From an uncultured Candidatus Poseidoniales archaeon (GTDB lineage: Archaea; Thermoplasmatota; Poseidoniia; Poseidoniales; Poseidoniaceae), in assembly GCA_964015875.1 (NCBI GenBank), contig CAXHEV010000005.1, positions 1,143 to 65,142 on the forward strand: 64,000 nucleotides of DNA, read 5' to 3'. A program made the position numbers and the translations under genes. A model generated the notes under the pieces. The model saw only the letters and a list, made by a program, of their open reading frames with translations, did not search any database and was not told where the DNA came from. How positions within the stretch are numbered: the first letter of the stretch is position 1; each line of letters begins with the position of its first letter. This document shows positions 27,560 to 37,264 of this stretch, piece after piece.

Positions 27560-30500
27560 TCAATCATCCTTTTTGGCGCGCCCAACCTTTCGGCGGGCTG
27601 GAGCCTTACGTGGTGCTGAGCGACGACCTACGGTTCGCTTCTTAGCGACTGGAGCAGGTTCTTCCTCCTCCTCATCATCGTCTTCGTCGTCATTCCAGTT
27701 GAACATGTCATCGTCATCATCGTCCTCTTCTTCTTCGACTGCGGCCTTCTTGCTGCGTGTCTTGCGTTGAACGACATTGACTGCGAACGGATCGTCTTCT
27801 TCTTCGACGTCTGCGGTTGCTTTCTCTTCCTTCTTTTCGCCGCCACTTGTATCGGTGACTGCGGCCATATCAAGATCTTGTGAAGTTCCGATGAATTCAG
27901 ACATCCAATCATCATCTTCGCCGTCTTCATCGCCCTTTGATTTCTTCTTCTTCGGACCAGACATACTGGTTTGAATGATGAGAGCCATGACAATCAGTGA
28001 CATGACAAAGACGCCGGTAAGAACCCAGACCAGCACATATGGAGGATCTGACATTGAGGGCGTAATGACAATTGGTTCTGGCTCCGGTTGAAGGGATTCT
28101 ACATAATTACAGGATGTTGTACCATCCAAACGATTTCGACACTGATCGACGACGAACACCACGTTCTTGGACACTTCATTTCCTGCGGAGTCGACAGCTC
28201 GAACAAACACTGCGTGTTGTCCTGGTTCGAAGTTTCCTGCTGAGAATTCCATGTCAAGGACCAACGAACGGCTATCACCGTCAAGGTCGGTAACAGTGGT
28301 CGATTCTGACCACGGGGTAGTTTGAGAATTACCCGTACCGTAGTTGTAAGTGAACTTGTACTGGAACGAAGTAACCATCACGTCATCGGTCGCTCCTGCA
28401 AGCACTTGGATTGAATTTCCGTAGAGGTACTTCGAACCATCAGTACCAGAGGAGGGTGCATAGATTTCCACAGTAGGCCGCTTGGCGTCCACTGCCCGAT
28501 CGGTCCAGGTTTGACTGATTGTGTTTCCAGATTCATCTTCCATAATCAGTTCGATGACCATATCGCCTGCAATTGTTGACTGACTAACAAAGAACTCGAA
28601 AGCATAGACTGGGCCACGATCTGGGTCGTTGTTGTTGTCAGCAATCATGTTCATTTCGATTTCTCCACCAGAAATATCGCCTCCTGCGATAGTGGTGATG
28701 TTCACGGATGGATTGCCTTGGAGGTACTCGTCAATCTCCATCTGAACCACATAGGAGCCTGAAACAAGGGATGGGCTTTGGAATGCTGATCCCTCCTCAT
28801 CAAGCAAGATCATGCTTGCAACTGGGAACTTCGTGTCCTCGTTAATTTTCACGGCGTTGCCACCAATGCCACTGAACATCTCTGGGTTTTGATTGCCCCA
28901 CTGATCTTCAATAATCACCGCATACCAAACGTCGCGGTCGACACCAGCAGGAATTGGAAGTTGGCGAACAAGGGTGCTAGCAGTGCTTTCACCAGGGGAG
29001 ATATCGCCAAGAACGAATTCCCAACCGTCATCACCAATGTTGCCGATTTGATCTTCATTTTCACCGAAAGGACCTCCGTAATGGCGCCAGATTTCATAGC
29101 CTTCATTGACGTCTGGTTCATTGAACCATTCCAAGGTGATTTGATTCAGTGCCCCGAGGGATGTGGCTTCCTTGATGCGGGCTGGGTTTGGAGCACGGGT
29201 GTCCTCAGAAATTGGCCCGTAGTGGTTTTGATTCAGTCGGGTGTCCATGTATGTGCCGTTGATGTGCCCATAGAGTGCCTCTGTTGTCACGTAATAGTGA
29301 GCGTTGTCTCGAAGAATTTCGGTATCAAGAAGGACGTCGAAAAAGCCAACACCGTCGCTCACGGAGCCAAGCCATTCCATGGATTGGTTGGCAACAAATT
29401 CTGCACCGGTGACGCGGAAGTTGGAGCGCCAAATGTGATAGCGCTCACCCTCAACACCGAGTTGATCTTGCCATGTGACTCGAGTGGTGCGCTCGCCGAT
29501 GAACTCTGCATGAACTTGTGTCGGTTCAGCAATCCACGGAGTAAAGGCATCTTCAAAGACCGGGCCTGCGCAAGAATTCACGGTTGTATTGGTGTCGAGC
29601 ACGCCATAGAGGTCCACGGTAATGATACAGTAATTTGCATAACCAAGTCGGCCAATTGGGACATCATATTCGAACGATCCTACGCCTTCAGAGACTGTGG
29701 CAATCATTTGCACGCTGGAACTGACGATGGTGGAAAACGGATTACCTGACATGTAAATTCGGTACGATTCACCAGATTCATCTGGTACATCTGTCCATGT
29801 GATCGTTGTCGTTCCCCCGCCAGAGTCAGGGTTAGGAATGAATTCTGCATACATAATCCCGACCTGAGAAGGTGGCATGTTATCTTCAACAAGAGAGGAG
29901 CTTAGTGCGTTGTTCGAAAGGAATCGTACATCTTGGTAATCTTCACCGGGAGCCGTCCAGTTTGGTAGCAGGTATGTCACTGCGTAGTAAGCGTCACGAT
30001 CCGTGCTGTCTGGGATGGAAAGTTCCACCGAAGAAGTTCCGGCTGGGTAGCTCGCAATAGGTGAGGTGGTTGAAAGCAAATCAGCACCGTTCGCCCGAGT
30101 GATTGGATAGTCTGTGCGCCAGATGTTTATCTGGTAAGCATCATCGCCAGTTTCTGGGAGAATCGGGAAAATGTCGTTGTAATTAACCCATGTCAAACTC
30201 GTGACGCTGCGTTCTGGATCAAAGTCTGCCACGAGGTTGTAAGGGGTGCGGATTGGTGTTGTTGTCTCTTGAACTGGCGCTTCAAGAACCGAGGCATTTG
30301 TGTCCAAATCAAGAAGTTCAGTCCCATCGTCGAGGGTTGTCGTCACTGCGTAGTGGAATGTGCCATTGACTCCTGGTGGAACGAGGAATGAAGCGGTATG
30401 ATAGTCGACTGTCCCGTTGAGTCCACGGCACTTGAAAGCATCATTGAGGACTTCAACAGAGGAACAAGCGATGATTCCATCAACAAATGGTGTGAGGGAA

Positions 30501-30787
30501 CCGATTGATGACTGGTTGATTGGGCTGGCAGATCGGTAGACATTGTAGGTGGCCGAAAAGAGCCCTTGCAACACTGAACCATCATAGTCGATGTTTCGCC
30601 ATGTGACGGTTGTCGTTTCGCTGGAAGGGTCAAACATTGCACTGATATCTTGTGCTTGGAGGTTGCTTGGATTGCCAAGATCCTCTGCCGCGACATTGGA
30701 GAGTGGCATGATGGCGAGCACCATGCACAACACGAGGAAAACTGCTTTCCTTTCAGTGCCTTTACCGAACATTTGGTCTGTCATCAA
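27560..30787 (-). CDS. Large type-I membrane-anchored surface protein with repeated FN3/Ig-like modules and an acidic-then-basic cytoplasmic tail.
   Basis: N-terminal signal peptide (…VFLVLCMVLAIMPLSNVAAE). About 900 aa extracellular with recurring Y-x-[IV]-[WY]-R-[ST] beta-sandwich signatures (YNVYRSASP, YQINIWRTDYP, YRIYMSGNP, YHIWRSNFR, YEIWRHYGG). A single TM (VLVWVLTGVFVMSLIVMALII). An ~150-aa tail with poly-Asp/Glu runs ends in KKRTVGRRSAPRKAPARRKVGRAKKDD. Confidence 0.6.
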   Translation of the reverse strand: MMTDQMFGKGTERKAVFLVLCMVLAIMPLSNVAAEDLGNPSNLQAQDISAMFDPSSETTTVTWRNIDYDGSVLQGLFSATYNVYRSASPINQSSIGSLTPFVDGIIACSSVEVLNDAFKCRGLNGTVDYHTASFLVPPGVNGTFHYAVTTTLDDGTELLDLDTNASVLEAPVQETTTPIRTPYNLVADFDPERSVTSLTWVNYNDIFPILPETGDDAYQINIWRTDYPITRANGADLLSTTSPIASYPAGTSSVELSIPDSTDRDAYYAVTYLLPNWTAPGEDYQDVRFLSNNALSSSLVEDNMPPSQVGIMYAEFIPNPDSGGGTTTITWTDVPDESGESYRIYMSGNPFSTIVSSSVQMIATVSEGVGSFEYDVPIGRLGYANYCIITVDLYGVLDTNTTVNSCAGPVFEDAFTPWIAEPTQVHAEFIGERTTRVTWQDQLGVEGERYHIWRSNFRVTGAEFVANQSMEWLGSVSDGVGFFDVLLDTEILRDNAHYYVTTEALYGHINGTYMDTRLNQNHYGPISEDTRAPNPARIKEATSLGALNQITLEWFNEPDVNEGYEIWRHYGGPFGENEDQIGNIGDDGWEFVLGDISPGESTASTLVRQLPIPAGVDRDVWYAVIIEDQWGNQNPEMFSGIGGNAVKINEDTKFPVASMILLDEEGSAFQSPSLVSGSYVVQMEIDEYLQGNPSVNITTIAGGDISGGEIEMNMIADNNNDPDRGPVYAFEFFVSQSTIAGDMVIELIMEDESGNTISQTWTDRAVDAKRPTVEIYAPSSGTDGSKYLYGNSIQVLAGATDDVMVTSFQYKFTYNYGTGNSQTTPWSESTTVTDLDGDSRSLVLDMEFSAGNFEPGQHAVFVRAVDSAGNEVSKNVVFVVDQCRNRLDGTTSCNYVESLQPEPEPIVITPSMSDPPYVLVWVLTGVFVMSLIVMALIIQTSMSGPKKKKSKGDEDGEDDDWMSEFIGTSQDLDMAAVTDTSGGEKKEEKATADVEEEDDPFAVNVVQRKTRSKKAAVEEEEDDDDDDMFNWNDDEDDDEEEEEPAPVAKKRTVGRRSAPRKAPARRKVGRAKKDD

Positions 30788-30874
30788 TGGTCTTGTAGCA
30801 TGCTACCGTTATGAGTATGCCGCCTCTAATGCAGGCAATTGAGCGGTTCAGTGCACCCCGTAGGGGTGGCGGAA

Positions 30875-31582
30875 TCATTCAGATTCTTCGTTTTGATTCG
30901 GTTGAGGAAGGGGGTTCTCTCGGTCGATTTGAGAAATCTCATGGTTTGCTTGGACAAATCGAATCAAAAAGGTCCAAAGCCCTCCGAATGCGGAAATGAC
31001 GACAGCGAGGCTGATTGGGTTGATTTCGATATGGTCAAGAACGCCCGGGAACATTCCAAAATTTTCAACCTCAAGATGAATGAAAATCCCCATGAGAACA
31101 AGTGCAACAAGAGCGAGGATGGTCCGATCCGCACGGGAGAATCCACGATAATTGCGAGTTCCAGCAACTGCTTGAGCCTGCGTACCCATGTAGGAGCCGA
31201 GCAGGGTCAACAACGCAGCGAGGAGGCCAAGAGTGAAGTCACCCACAAATACAGAACCTGCTAAACACACCGTCCAAATAATGTCAAGGAGCCGGTCAAA
31301 TGTATGGTCAAGGTAATCACCCCACCGTGTGACTTGCCCCGTTCTCCGAGCCAATGGACCGTCAAGTGCATCGAGCACCATTGCAAACCCAATCAAAATT
31401 GCCCCACCGAACAACATGCTTGCGCCATAGGTGTCATTTGGAGCCATCAAAACAGATAATCCACCAAGAACGCCAATCGGTAAGGCAATCCATGTGAGTG
31501 TGGAAGGTTTCCAAGTGGAAATTGAGTCAACAACGGGGTCGACCATGCGTTCCCACGAACTTCGAAGTTTCTCTAATGCCAT
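30875..31582 (-). CDS. CDP-alcohol phosphatidyltransferase family enzyme (archaetidyl-inositol-phosphate/serine synthase-like).
   Basis: Signature D-x2-D-G-x2-A-R-x8-G-x3-D-x3-D is present as DALDGPLARRTGQVTRWGDYLDHTFDR. Multiple TM helices. Confidence 0.8.
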   Translation of the reverse strand: MALEKLRSSWERMVDPVVDSISTWKPSTLTWIALPIGVLGGLSVLMAPNDTYGASMLFGGAILIGFAMVLDALDGPLARRTGQVTRWGDYLDHTFDRLLDIIWTVCLAGSVFVGDFTLGLLAALLTLLGSYMGTQAQAVAGTRNYRGFSRADRTILALVALVLMGIFIHLEVENFGMFPGVLDHIEINPISLAVVISAFGGLWTFLIRFVQANHEISQIDRENPLPQPNQNEESE

Positions 31583-31630
31583 TGCAATCGACTTCTCTGC
31601 GTTGGTGGGGGGTGTTTGTTCTTTGGGTGG

Positions 31631-32170
31631 TCAAGCCAACCAATCAATCGCTTCTGCAGCGCTTGCCTCAACACCGTCGCTAGGGCAATCTTCTTCAATC
31701 CACTGAAGTACTTCCGACATGAGGTTCTCGTCAGATGTCGCACTTCCATCAATTTCCAAAATGGGTACGTCGAGTTCAAACTCGAGAATTTCAGACCATG
31801 TCCCCGCAATCATTTCCCATTCCACATTTGATCGCACCTTACGCTCATCATAGCCCCGCGCTTCAAGTCGCTGCTTGAGATGATCTGGGTGGCATCGAAT
31901 CAAAACAATGGCATCGATTTCCAGCAGGTGGGACAGATGCCCGTCCACAAAGATCGTATCGTTTGATTCATCAAACCACAGGTCGGCTAACCTGTGAACA
32001 TCGACAGGAGCTGCACCATCGCTGGCGTCTTCTTCTCCAAGGCAGTCGAAGCGTGCCGCTAAATCAATCACCGATTCGACCGAATACCCTTGCTTGCCAA
32101 GCAGAGAGCAAAGTGTGGTTTTACCACAGCCCGGCGTCCCTGTGACTGCGAAGATTCGTGGCGATTCCAT
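31631..32170 (-). CDS. Putative adenylate kinase / nucleoside-triphosphatase of the archaeal AK6/Fap7 family.
   Basis: P-loop at the extreme N-terminus (IFAVTGTPGCGKTTL). About 180 aa, typical of Fap7-like kinases. Confidence 0.65.
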   Translation of the reverse strand: MESPRIFAVTGTPGCGKTTLCSLLGKQGYSVESVIDLAARFDCLGEEDASDGAAPVDVHRLADLWFDESNDTIFVDGHLSHLLEIDAIVLIRCHPDHLKQRLEARGYDERKVRSNVEWEMIAGTWSEILEFELDVPILEIDGSATSDENLMSEVLQWIEEDCPSDGVEASAAEAIDWLA

Positions 32171-33027
32171 GCCTACGCCATGACGTGTCGGTTATTACTT
32201 CCACCTTGACAATGGATATGAAACGCCGGTACAAAGGCATCAATAGGTGGGAGGCGCACCCACGAAATGCTGCCATGTTTGGAATGAATGACCCTGCACA
32301 GACGCTCATTCAACTTGAGCGCTACATCCTCGACGGGCGAATGGAAATGTCCGAAGTCATGGCCATGCAGTTTACTGAGATGTTTCTCGCTCGGAAAAAA
32401 CGCTCTGCTGATGACCAGATCATGCTGGTCAAAGGACTTCGAATTCTTTGCGACGTTCTTGTGGCGAGGGGTAAGGGGGCTCGCGCTGTTGCAAGCGTTC
32501 ATATTCTTCTAAAAGAGCGAAAGAAACTTGTCAAAACCCTCCGCAATGGGGCGCCACATCTGATTGAACAAATGACACCTGAGGCTGAAGATCAACATCG
32601 AGCTGGCAATGTGCTCGCTTCGGGAGGGAAAAAACGAGCGGCAAAAAAAGCCTACGCCAAGGCAGAAAAGTTGGCACCTGGCAACCTCTCTGCAGCCCTT
32701 GATGCATGCAGGTACGTTGGGTATGATGCGAAATTAATCGATTGGTTAGCGACCAGTTGTGAAACGGCTGGTCCAGTCATTTACACCGGAGGCGTGTTTA
32801 TGTTGGAACCTGTTGGAACAGCACCTGTTGATGCATCTCAAGTGGCTGAAGCCTTGCTTGGGGCTGTGCCTCATGGGCTTGGAAATTCGTCATTGTGTGC
32901 CGATCAAGCCCAACGGATTGAGGAAGAGAAAGCAGCCATTGTGCGTGGCGAAGCAGCTGCTAATGCGCGTTTGCAAAGCGCTCTTGATTCTCTCACGCCA
33001 AAACATGACTATTACGAATACAGTTAG
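32158..33027 (+). CDS. Hypothetical protein (Lys/Ala-rich, helical). True start uncertain.
   Basis: Long ORF with coding-like composition (…IQLERYILDGRMEMSEVMAMQFTEMFLARKKRSADD…KKRAAKKAYAKAEKLAPG…). No motif recognised. The first ~20 codons overlap the convergent kinase gene, so the real start is probably internal. Confidence 0.35.
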   Translation: MAIPCLRHDVSVITSTLTMDMKRRYKGINRWEAHPRNAAMFGMNDPAQTLIQLERYILDGRMEMSEVMAMQFTEMFLARKKRSADDQIMLVKGLRILCDVLVARGKGARAVASVHILLKERKKLVKTLRNGAPHLIEQMTPEAEDQHRAGNVLASGGKKRAAKKAYAKAEKLAPGNLSAALDACRYVGYDAKLIDWLATSCETAGPVIYTGGVFMLEPVGTAPVDASQVAEALLGAVPHGLGNSSLCADQAQRIEEEKAAIVRGEAAANARLQSALDSLTPKHDYYEYS

Positions 33028-33036
33028 TCTGTTGAA

Positions 33037-33114
33037 TGGTAACGAGGGATGGATTTGAACCACCGATCTCCGGGTTATGAGCCCGACGGGATATCCAGAC
33101 TACCCCACCTCGTT
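33037..33114 (-). tRNA. Initiator tRNA-Met (anticodon CAU), including the encoded CCA.
   Basis: The reverse complement folds as a cloverleaf: acceptor AACGAGG/CCUCGUU with an A1:U72 pair, anticodon stem UCGGG/CCCGG with three G:C pairs next to loop CUCAUAA, T-arm GGUGG-UUCAAAU-CCAUC, discriminator A, then CCA. The A1:U72 pair, the three G:C pairs and the A discriminator are archaeal initiator hallmarks. Confidence 0.85.
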
Positions 33115-33246
33115 AACCAAAGCGCCGACCTTCCCTCCTTTCAAACCACCGATGCCAAGGTGTGGTCAAAATCCACGATGATTGCTCAATGAATGAATTT
33201 TCAAAATAGGTGGTGATTTCATGAAGGAGGACCTCGTCTACAACAT

Positions 33247-34062
33247 ATGCGCCCGCAGCTTGTTCGACCGCTCCTCATGTGTGCGGTGCTCATTGCGGCG
33301 TTTGCCTCGGGTTGTCTTGGGGGCACTGATGAAGAGGAAGATGTTGGTCCAATCACACTCACTGTCTACTACGAAACGACCTCAGGAACCATCACTGAAA
33401 CCATTCAAAACAATCAGCAGGTTTCTGAACAAGGAGTCGAAGTTGTGTTTGACTATTCATACACCAAATCCAGCGAAGGTGACATCTCATCCTTCGTCTA
33501 TGATCCTGGAGATGGGTCAAACCCGATCACCATCAATGCTGCAGATACGAGTGAAATCAGCTACACATACCTGACCCACGGTATGTTCTCTGCTGCTGTT
33601 GGTGCCATCGACGCCGAGGGCAACGAGCGATTCGAGAACGTCACGATCAGAATCGATAAGGAAATCACTTGGACCGATAGTACGACGACAGACCCACGAA
33701 CAATGAACATCGATGCAACGCCCGACTGTGAATGTCAGCTTCCTGAGCAAATCAAAATAGATTCAACCGTTACCAACCCTTCCAACTTAGCTGGATTTGG
33801 TGGATCGCCAGTCACCGTCACCTGGTACCTCAACAACAGTGAGGGGGATGCTGTGGCTGAGTCACCGCCTGAACAACTTGCTGACGGCCAAGAAGGAACC
33901 TGGGCTCACAATGAGTTCGCCCCTATGGCTGGAGTTTGGACGCTCGAAGTCGGATTGAATCAAGACCAAGAGAATGTTGATGTCTCACACATCGTTACCA
34001 TTGCCTATGCTGCTGAAGAAAGCGCTAGTAATCCGTTCCCTACCGATGAAAGTACGCCTTAA
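33247..34062 (+). CDS. Hypothetical secreted lipoprotein.
   Basis: Signal peptide ending in a lipobox-like LIAAFASGC. Thr/Ser/Asp-rich beta-rich body. 271 aa. Confidence 0.5.
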   Translation: MRPQLVRPLLMCAVLIAAFASGCLGGTDEEEDVGPITLTVYYETTSGTITETIQNNQQVSEQGVEVVFDYSYTKSSEGDISSFVYDPGDGSNPITINAADTSEISYTYLTHGMFSAAVGAIDAEGNERFENVTIRIDKEITWTDSTTTDPRTMNIDATPDCECQLPEQIKIDSTVTNPSNLAGFGGSPVTVTWYLNNSEGDAVAESPPEQLADGQEGTWAHNEFAPMAGVWTLEVGLNQDQENVDVSHIVTIAYAAEESASNPFPTDESTP

Positions 34063-34170
34063 TGGACCGAAATTCGAGACGTACGAATTCACTTTCACAA
34101 CTGGTAAATCTAAACTGAAAGTGAACTAAAAAGGCCACTGCGCCATGAAATAATTCGTCATCACGATGGT

Positions 34171-34245
34171 TTTAATCGATTAAATATTCGCGCCGCCGTT
34201 CGTTCTTTGATATACACTCGCCGAACCAGAGGGGGTTGGAAGTGA
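34171..34245 (+). promoter_or_regulatory. Putative radA promoter region (TATA-like TTTAATCGATTAAATATT and CTTTGATATACA boxes) with a G-rich SD-like element.
   Basis: A-T rich palindromic box 65-80 nt upstream and a second TATA-like box ~40 nt upstream of the radA ATG (34252). GGGGGT lies 15 nt upstream. Confidence 0.25.
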
Positions 34246-34251
34246 ACAAAA

Positions 34252-35289
34252 ATGGCGACCAAATCGAAGAAAAAAGCGAAGATAGAAATTGAAAACAATG
34301 AAGACCCTCAAGAGGAGCCAGTCGAAGTAATGGCGACCGAAGAAGAAGCACCCGAGATCAAAATCGATGACTTACCTGGTGTTGGACCTGCGACAGCAGA
34401 GAAACTACGCGAAGCTGGATTTGACGATCTCCTCGCTCTGGCCGTGATGTCGCCTGGCGACCTTGCAGACCAAGCTGAACTTGGAGAAGCCGTGGCAACA
34501 AAAATCATCGGCGCTGCAAAGAAGATGGCAAACATTGGTGGATTCGTTTCTGGTGGAGCGCTCCTCGAACGTCGAAGAGAAGTTTTGAAACTCTCATCCA
34601 AGGTTCAATCGATCGACGACCTGCTCGGCGGTGGATTTGAAACCCAAGCGCTGGTTGAAGTCTACGGTGCATTTGGAAGCGGAAAAACCCAAATTGGCCA
34701 TCAATTGGCCGTCAACTGCACACTCCCAATGAGCGAAGGTGGATTCGATGGCGATGTGTTTTACATCGACACTGAAGATACATTCCGTCCTGAGCGCATT
34801 ACACAAATGGCACGCGGCCACGGGCTTGATCCGGATGCAGTATTAGCGAGAATCCATGTTGCACGAGCGTACAATTCTGCTCACCAAATGCTCCTTGTTG
34901 ATGAAATCAAGCGCATGAGCAAAGGGCTCAATGTCAAGATGATTATTGTCGATTCGCTGACCAGCCATTTCCGTGCGGAGTACATTGGACGGGGAATGCT
35001 CGCAAACCGACAGCAGAAACTCAACCGACATCTCAAGGACTTGAAGCAACTCGCAGACGTCAACAACGCATTGGTCTTGGTGACCAACCAAGTTCACTCA
35101 AAGCCTGATGCAATGTGGGGCGACCCAACAAAGCCGATTGGTGGGCACGTACTTGCTCACGCATCGACCTTCAGACTGTACTTGCGCAAGGCAAAGGCAG
35201 GACGTCGGATCGCTCGCCTCGTCGACTCGCCGAATTTGCCAGATGGTGAATGCGTCTACCAGGTCACACAAGAAGGCCTCCGCGATTGA
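34252..35289 (+). CDS. radA: DNA repair and recombination protein RadA.
   Basis: N-terminal HhH domain ([28 protein letters not shown]), Walker [10 protein letters not shown], Walker B MIIVDSL, and RecA/Rad51 loops. 345 aa. Confidence 0.95.
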   Translation: MATKSKKKAKIEIENNEDPQEEPVEVMATEEEAPEIKIDDLPGVGPATAEKLREAGFDDLLALAVMSPGDLADQAELGEAVATKIIGAAKKMANIGGFVSGGALLERRREVLKLSSKVQSIDDLLGGGFETQALVEVYGAFGSGKTQIGHQLAVNCTLPMSEGGFDGDVFYIDTEDTFRPERITQMARGHGLDPDAVLARIHVARAYNSAHQMLLVDEIKRMSKGLNVKMIIVDSLTSHFRAEYIGRGMLANRQQKLNRHLKDLKQLADVNNALVLVTNQVHSKPDAMWGDPTKPIGGHVLAHASTFRLYLRKAKAGRRIARLVDSPNLPDGECVYQVTQEGLRD

Positions 35290-35326
35290 ATGCCCCCGTT
35301 GAAAAGGCCATTTTGGCCCATTCAGG

Positions 35327-36496
35327 GTGCGGCACATTCAAGGTCACATCAACAAGGAAAGCAGCATGCGACATCTTGTTGAACGAGTCTTGGAACTGTC
35401 AGAAGCAGAACAGGCAGCGGCGAATACCGTCGCTCCGCCAATGAATGAAAATTCTGAGGTTGAGTTGCAAGCCCTTCTCGAATCCCTTCAACCAAGGATC
35501 CGAGTGTATGGTGTGGGTGGAGCTGGTTGCAACGCTGTCAATCGATTATTCGATGAACGTTTGTTCAAGAATTCGTACGTCACAGGATACGCCATCAATA
35601 CAGATGCCCAGGCATTGCTGATGTCACCGATCGAAGAAAAAGTGTTGATTGGAAGGACTGCACGGGGCCGAGGTGCTGGTGGCGACCCGACTAAAGGCGA
35701 GGCTGCAGCGTTAGAGTCTGAACCTTCCCTACGTCGAATCACCAATGACACGCAGCTTGCCATCATCACGGCAGGCATGGGTGGAGGATCTGGTACTGGT
35801 GCCGCAGGCCACATAGCTCGGCTTGCAAAGCAACAGGGTGCGATGACCATCGCAGTAGTGACATATCCTTTCAATTCAGAAGGAGCTCTACGAAAGCAGA
35901 ACGCTGAGTGGGGATTGGAACGCCTGCGTGAACACTGTGACACCATTTTGGTCATCCCGAACGAGAGATTACTCGAAATTGAAGGTGTCAAAGATCTCCC
36001 TATTGGAGACGCATTCAGAGTTGGTGATGAACTGCTTGTGCGTTCAATTACAGGAGTCGCAGAAATGCTAACCACCGATGGTATGGTCAACCTCGATTTC
36101 GAAGACCTACGTTCCGTCATCCAGTTCGGTAGCGGTGTAGCTATGATTGGACTTGGAGAAGCAAGTGGACCTGGTCGGGTTGAGGCTGCCACCGAGGAGG
36201 CAATGCATTCACCATTGCTCGATATTGATTCATCGGATGCCCGAGGTGCACTCATCAACGTCGTTGGTGGTCCTAGCCTTACTCTTGGAGAGGCTGAGAA
36301 ATGTGCTAAAATCATCAGCGATCAAATTTCACCCCACGCCCAAGTCATCTGGGGTGCTGCTGTACGCGAGGAATTAGGCGATGAAATTCGAGTCATGCTT
36401 GTCTTGACCGGGGTGAAGAGTGACCAGATCCATGGTGCAAGTGAAAACAGACAATTGCGAGCGCTTCAAAATCGCCACATAGAATTCGTCAACTGA
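35327..36496 (+). CDS. ftsZ: Cell division GTPase FtsZ.
   Basis: Tubulin signature GGGSGTGAAG, N-terminal IRVYGVGGAGCNAVNRL, T7 loop NVDFEDLRSV. 389 aa. Confidence 0.9.
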   Translation: MRHIQGHINKESSMRHLVERVLELSEAEQAAANTVAPPMNENSEVELQALLESLQPRIRVYGVGGAGCNAVNRLFDERLFKNSYVTGYAINTDAQALLMSPIEEKVLIGRTARGRGAGGDPTKGEAAALESEPSLRRITNDTQLAIITAGMGGGSGTGAAGHIARLAKQQGAMTIAVVTYPFNSEGALRKQNAEWGLERLREHCDTILVIPNERLLEIEGVKDLPIGDAFRVGDELLVRSITGVAEMLTTDGMVNLDFEDLRSVIQFGSGVAMIGLGEASGPGRVEAATEEAMHSPLLDIDSSDARGALINVVGGPSLTLGEAEKCAKIISDQISPHAQVIWGAAVREELGDEIRVMLVLTGVKSDQIHGASENRQLRALQNRHIEFVN

Positions 36497-36498
36497 AT

Positions 36499-37125
36499 TC
36501 ACTTGAGTGTTCTAAGCAAGAAGTAAGCCAGGGCAAGGATGCCTATGGCGAAAATCAATTGGTCGAATGCATCGATGTCTGTCTGGTTCATTGGGGCTTG
36601 TTCGACTGGAGGACCATCCACATGGGCGATTGATTTACTAAACGACCCCCATGCATCGCCGCTTGATTGTTGATTTCCATTGACAGCGTTTCCAATGAGG
36701 GTGAATTCCATGGGGTCCGTGGAATTGTTCGGTGATGTCCACGTTAGATTCCAAGTTCGTTGATAGGTGCCATTGGATTGATGCGTCCATCCTTCTTCCA
36801 AGTATTGAACCTCCTCGAGGTCCTCAAACAACACGGTGCCACCCCCCTTGATAACCAGCCTAAAGCCACCTTGATGTTGTTCAGCCAGCGAGTCAATAGT
36901 GCTCTGAATTTCTATCGAGAGGTTGTATGTTGTGTTGGATTCAAAAACGGCTGGTAAACCTTCGAGTTCAACCACAGTTTCGACCGATGCCCCGCCGTGA
37001 CAAATACAACCTTCATTTCCAGCCTGACCAACTCCACTGGGAACGCTCGAAATGCTTGGCGCGCTCAACAGAAGAATGAGCGAAGCCGCCCAGAAAACTG
37101 ATGATGTTGCCCATTTGATTGCCAT
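36499..37125 (-). CDS. Hypothetical secreted protein with C-terminal membrane anchor.
   Basis: Start chosen at the internal ATG (MAIKWATSSVFWAASLILLLSAPS, signal-like). Asn/Thr-rich body with GCICHGG. C-terminal TM FAIGILALAYFLL followed by RTLK. Confidence 0.4.
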   Translation of the reverse strand: MAIKWATSSVFWAASLILLLSAPSISSVPSGVGQAGNEGCICHGGASVETVVELEGLPAVFESNTTYNLSIEIQSTIDSLAEQHQGGFRLVIKGGGTVLFEDLEEVQYLEEGWTHQSNGTYQRTWNLTWTSPNNSTDPMEFTLIGNAVNGNQQSSGDAWGSFSKSIAHVDGPPVEQAPMNQTDIDAFDQLIFAIGILALAYFLLRTLK

Positions 37126-37264
37126 GTGCTTCAACCCAATCGAATCCGTCGGCCCCTTTGATACTTGGCTGCTGAGAGAAACCTGTTCCATGATAATCTA
37201 TCGGTTCTTCGTTCGAATTTAGCGTCGATTAAAACGAACTGGAAAAAACATCCTTTGATGTACT

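Noticed and set aside
27600-27990. GA/TC-rich low-complexity DNA with short tandem repeats (possible CRISPR or microsatellite?)
   Set aside because: The repeats are irregular, lie inside a long ORF and translate to the poly-Asp/Glu and Lys/Arg cytoplasmic tail of the surface protein. There is no repeat-spacer periodicity, so this is not a CRISPR array.
35488-36315. 275-aa minus-strand ORF
   Set aside because: Antisense to ftsZ, whose identity is unambiguous. Spurious.
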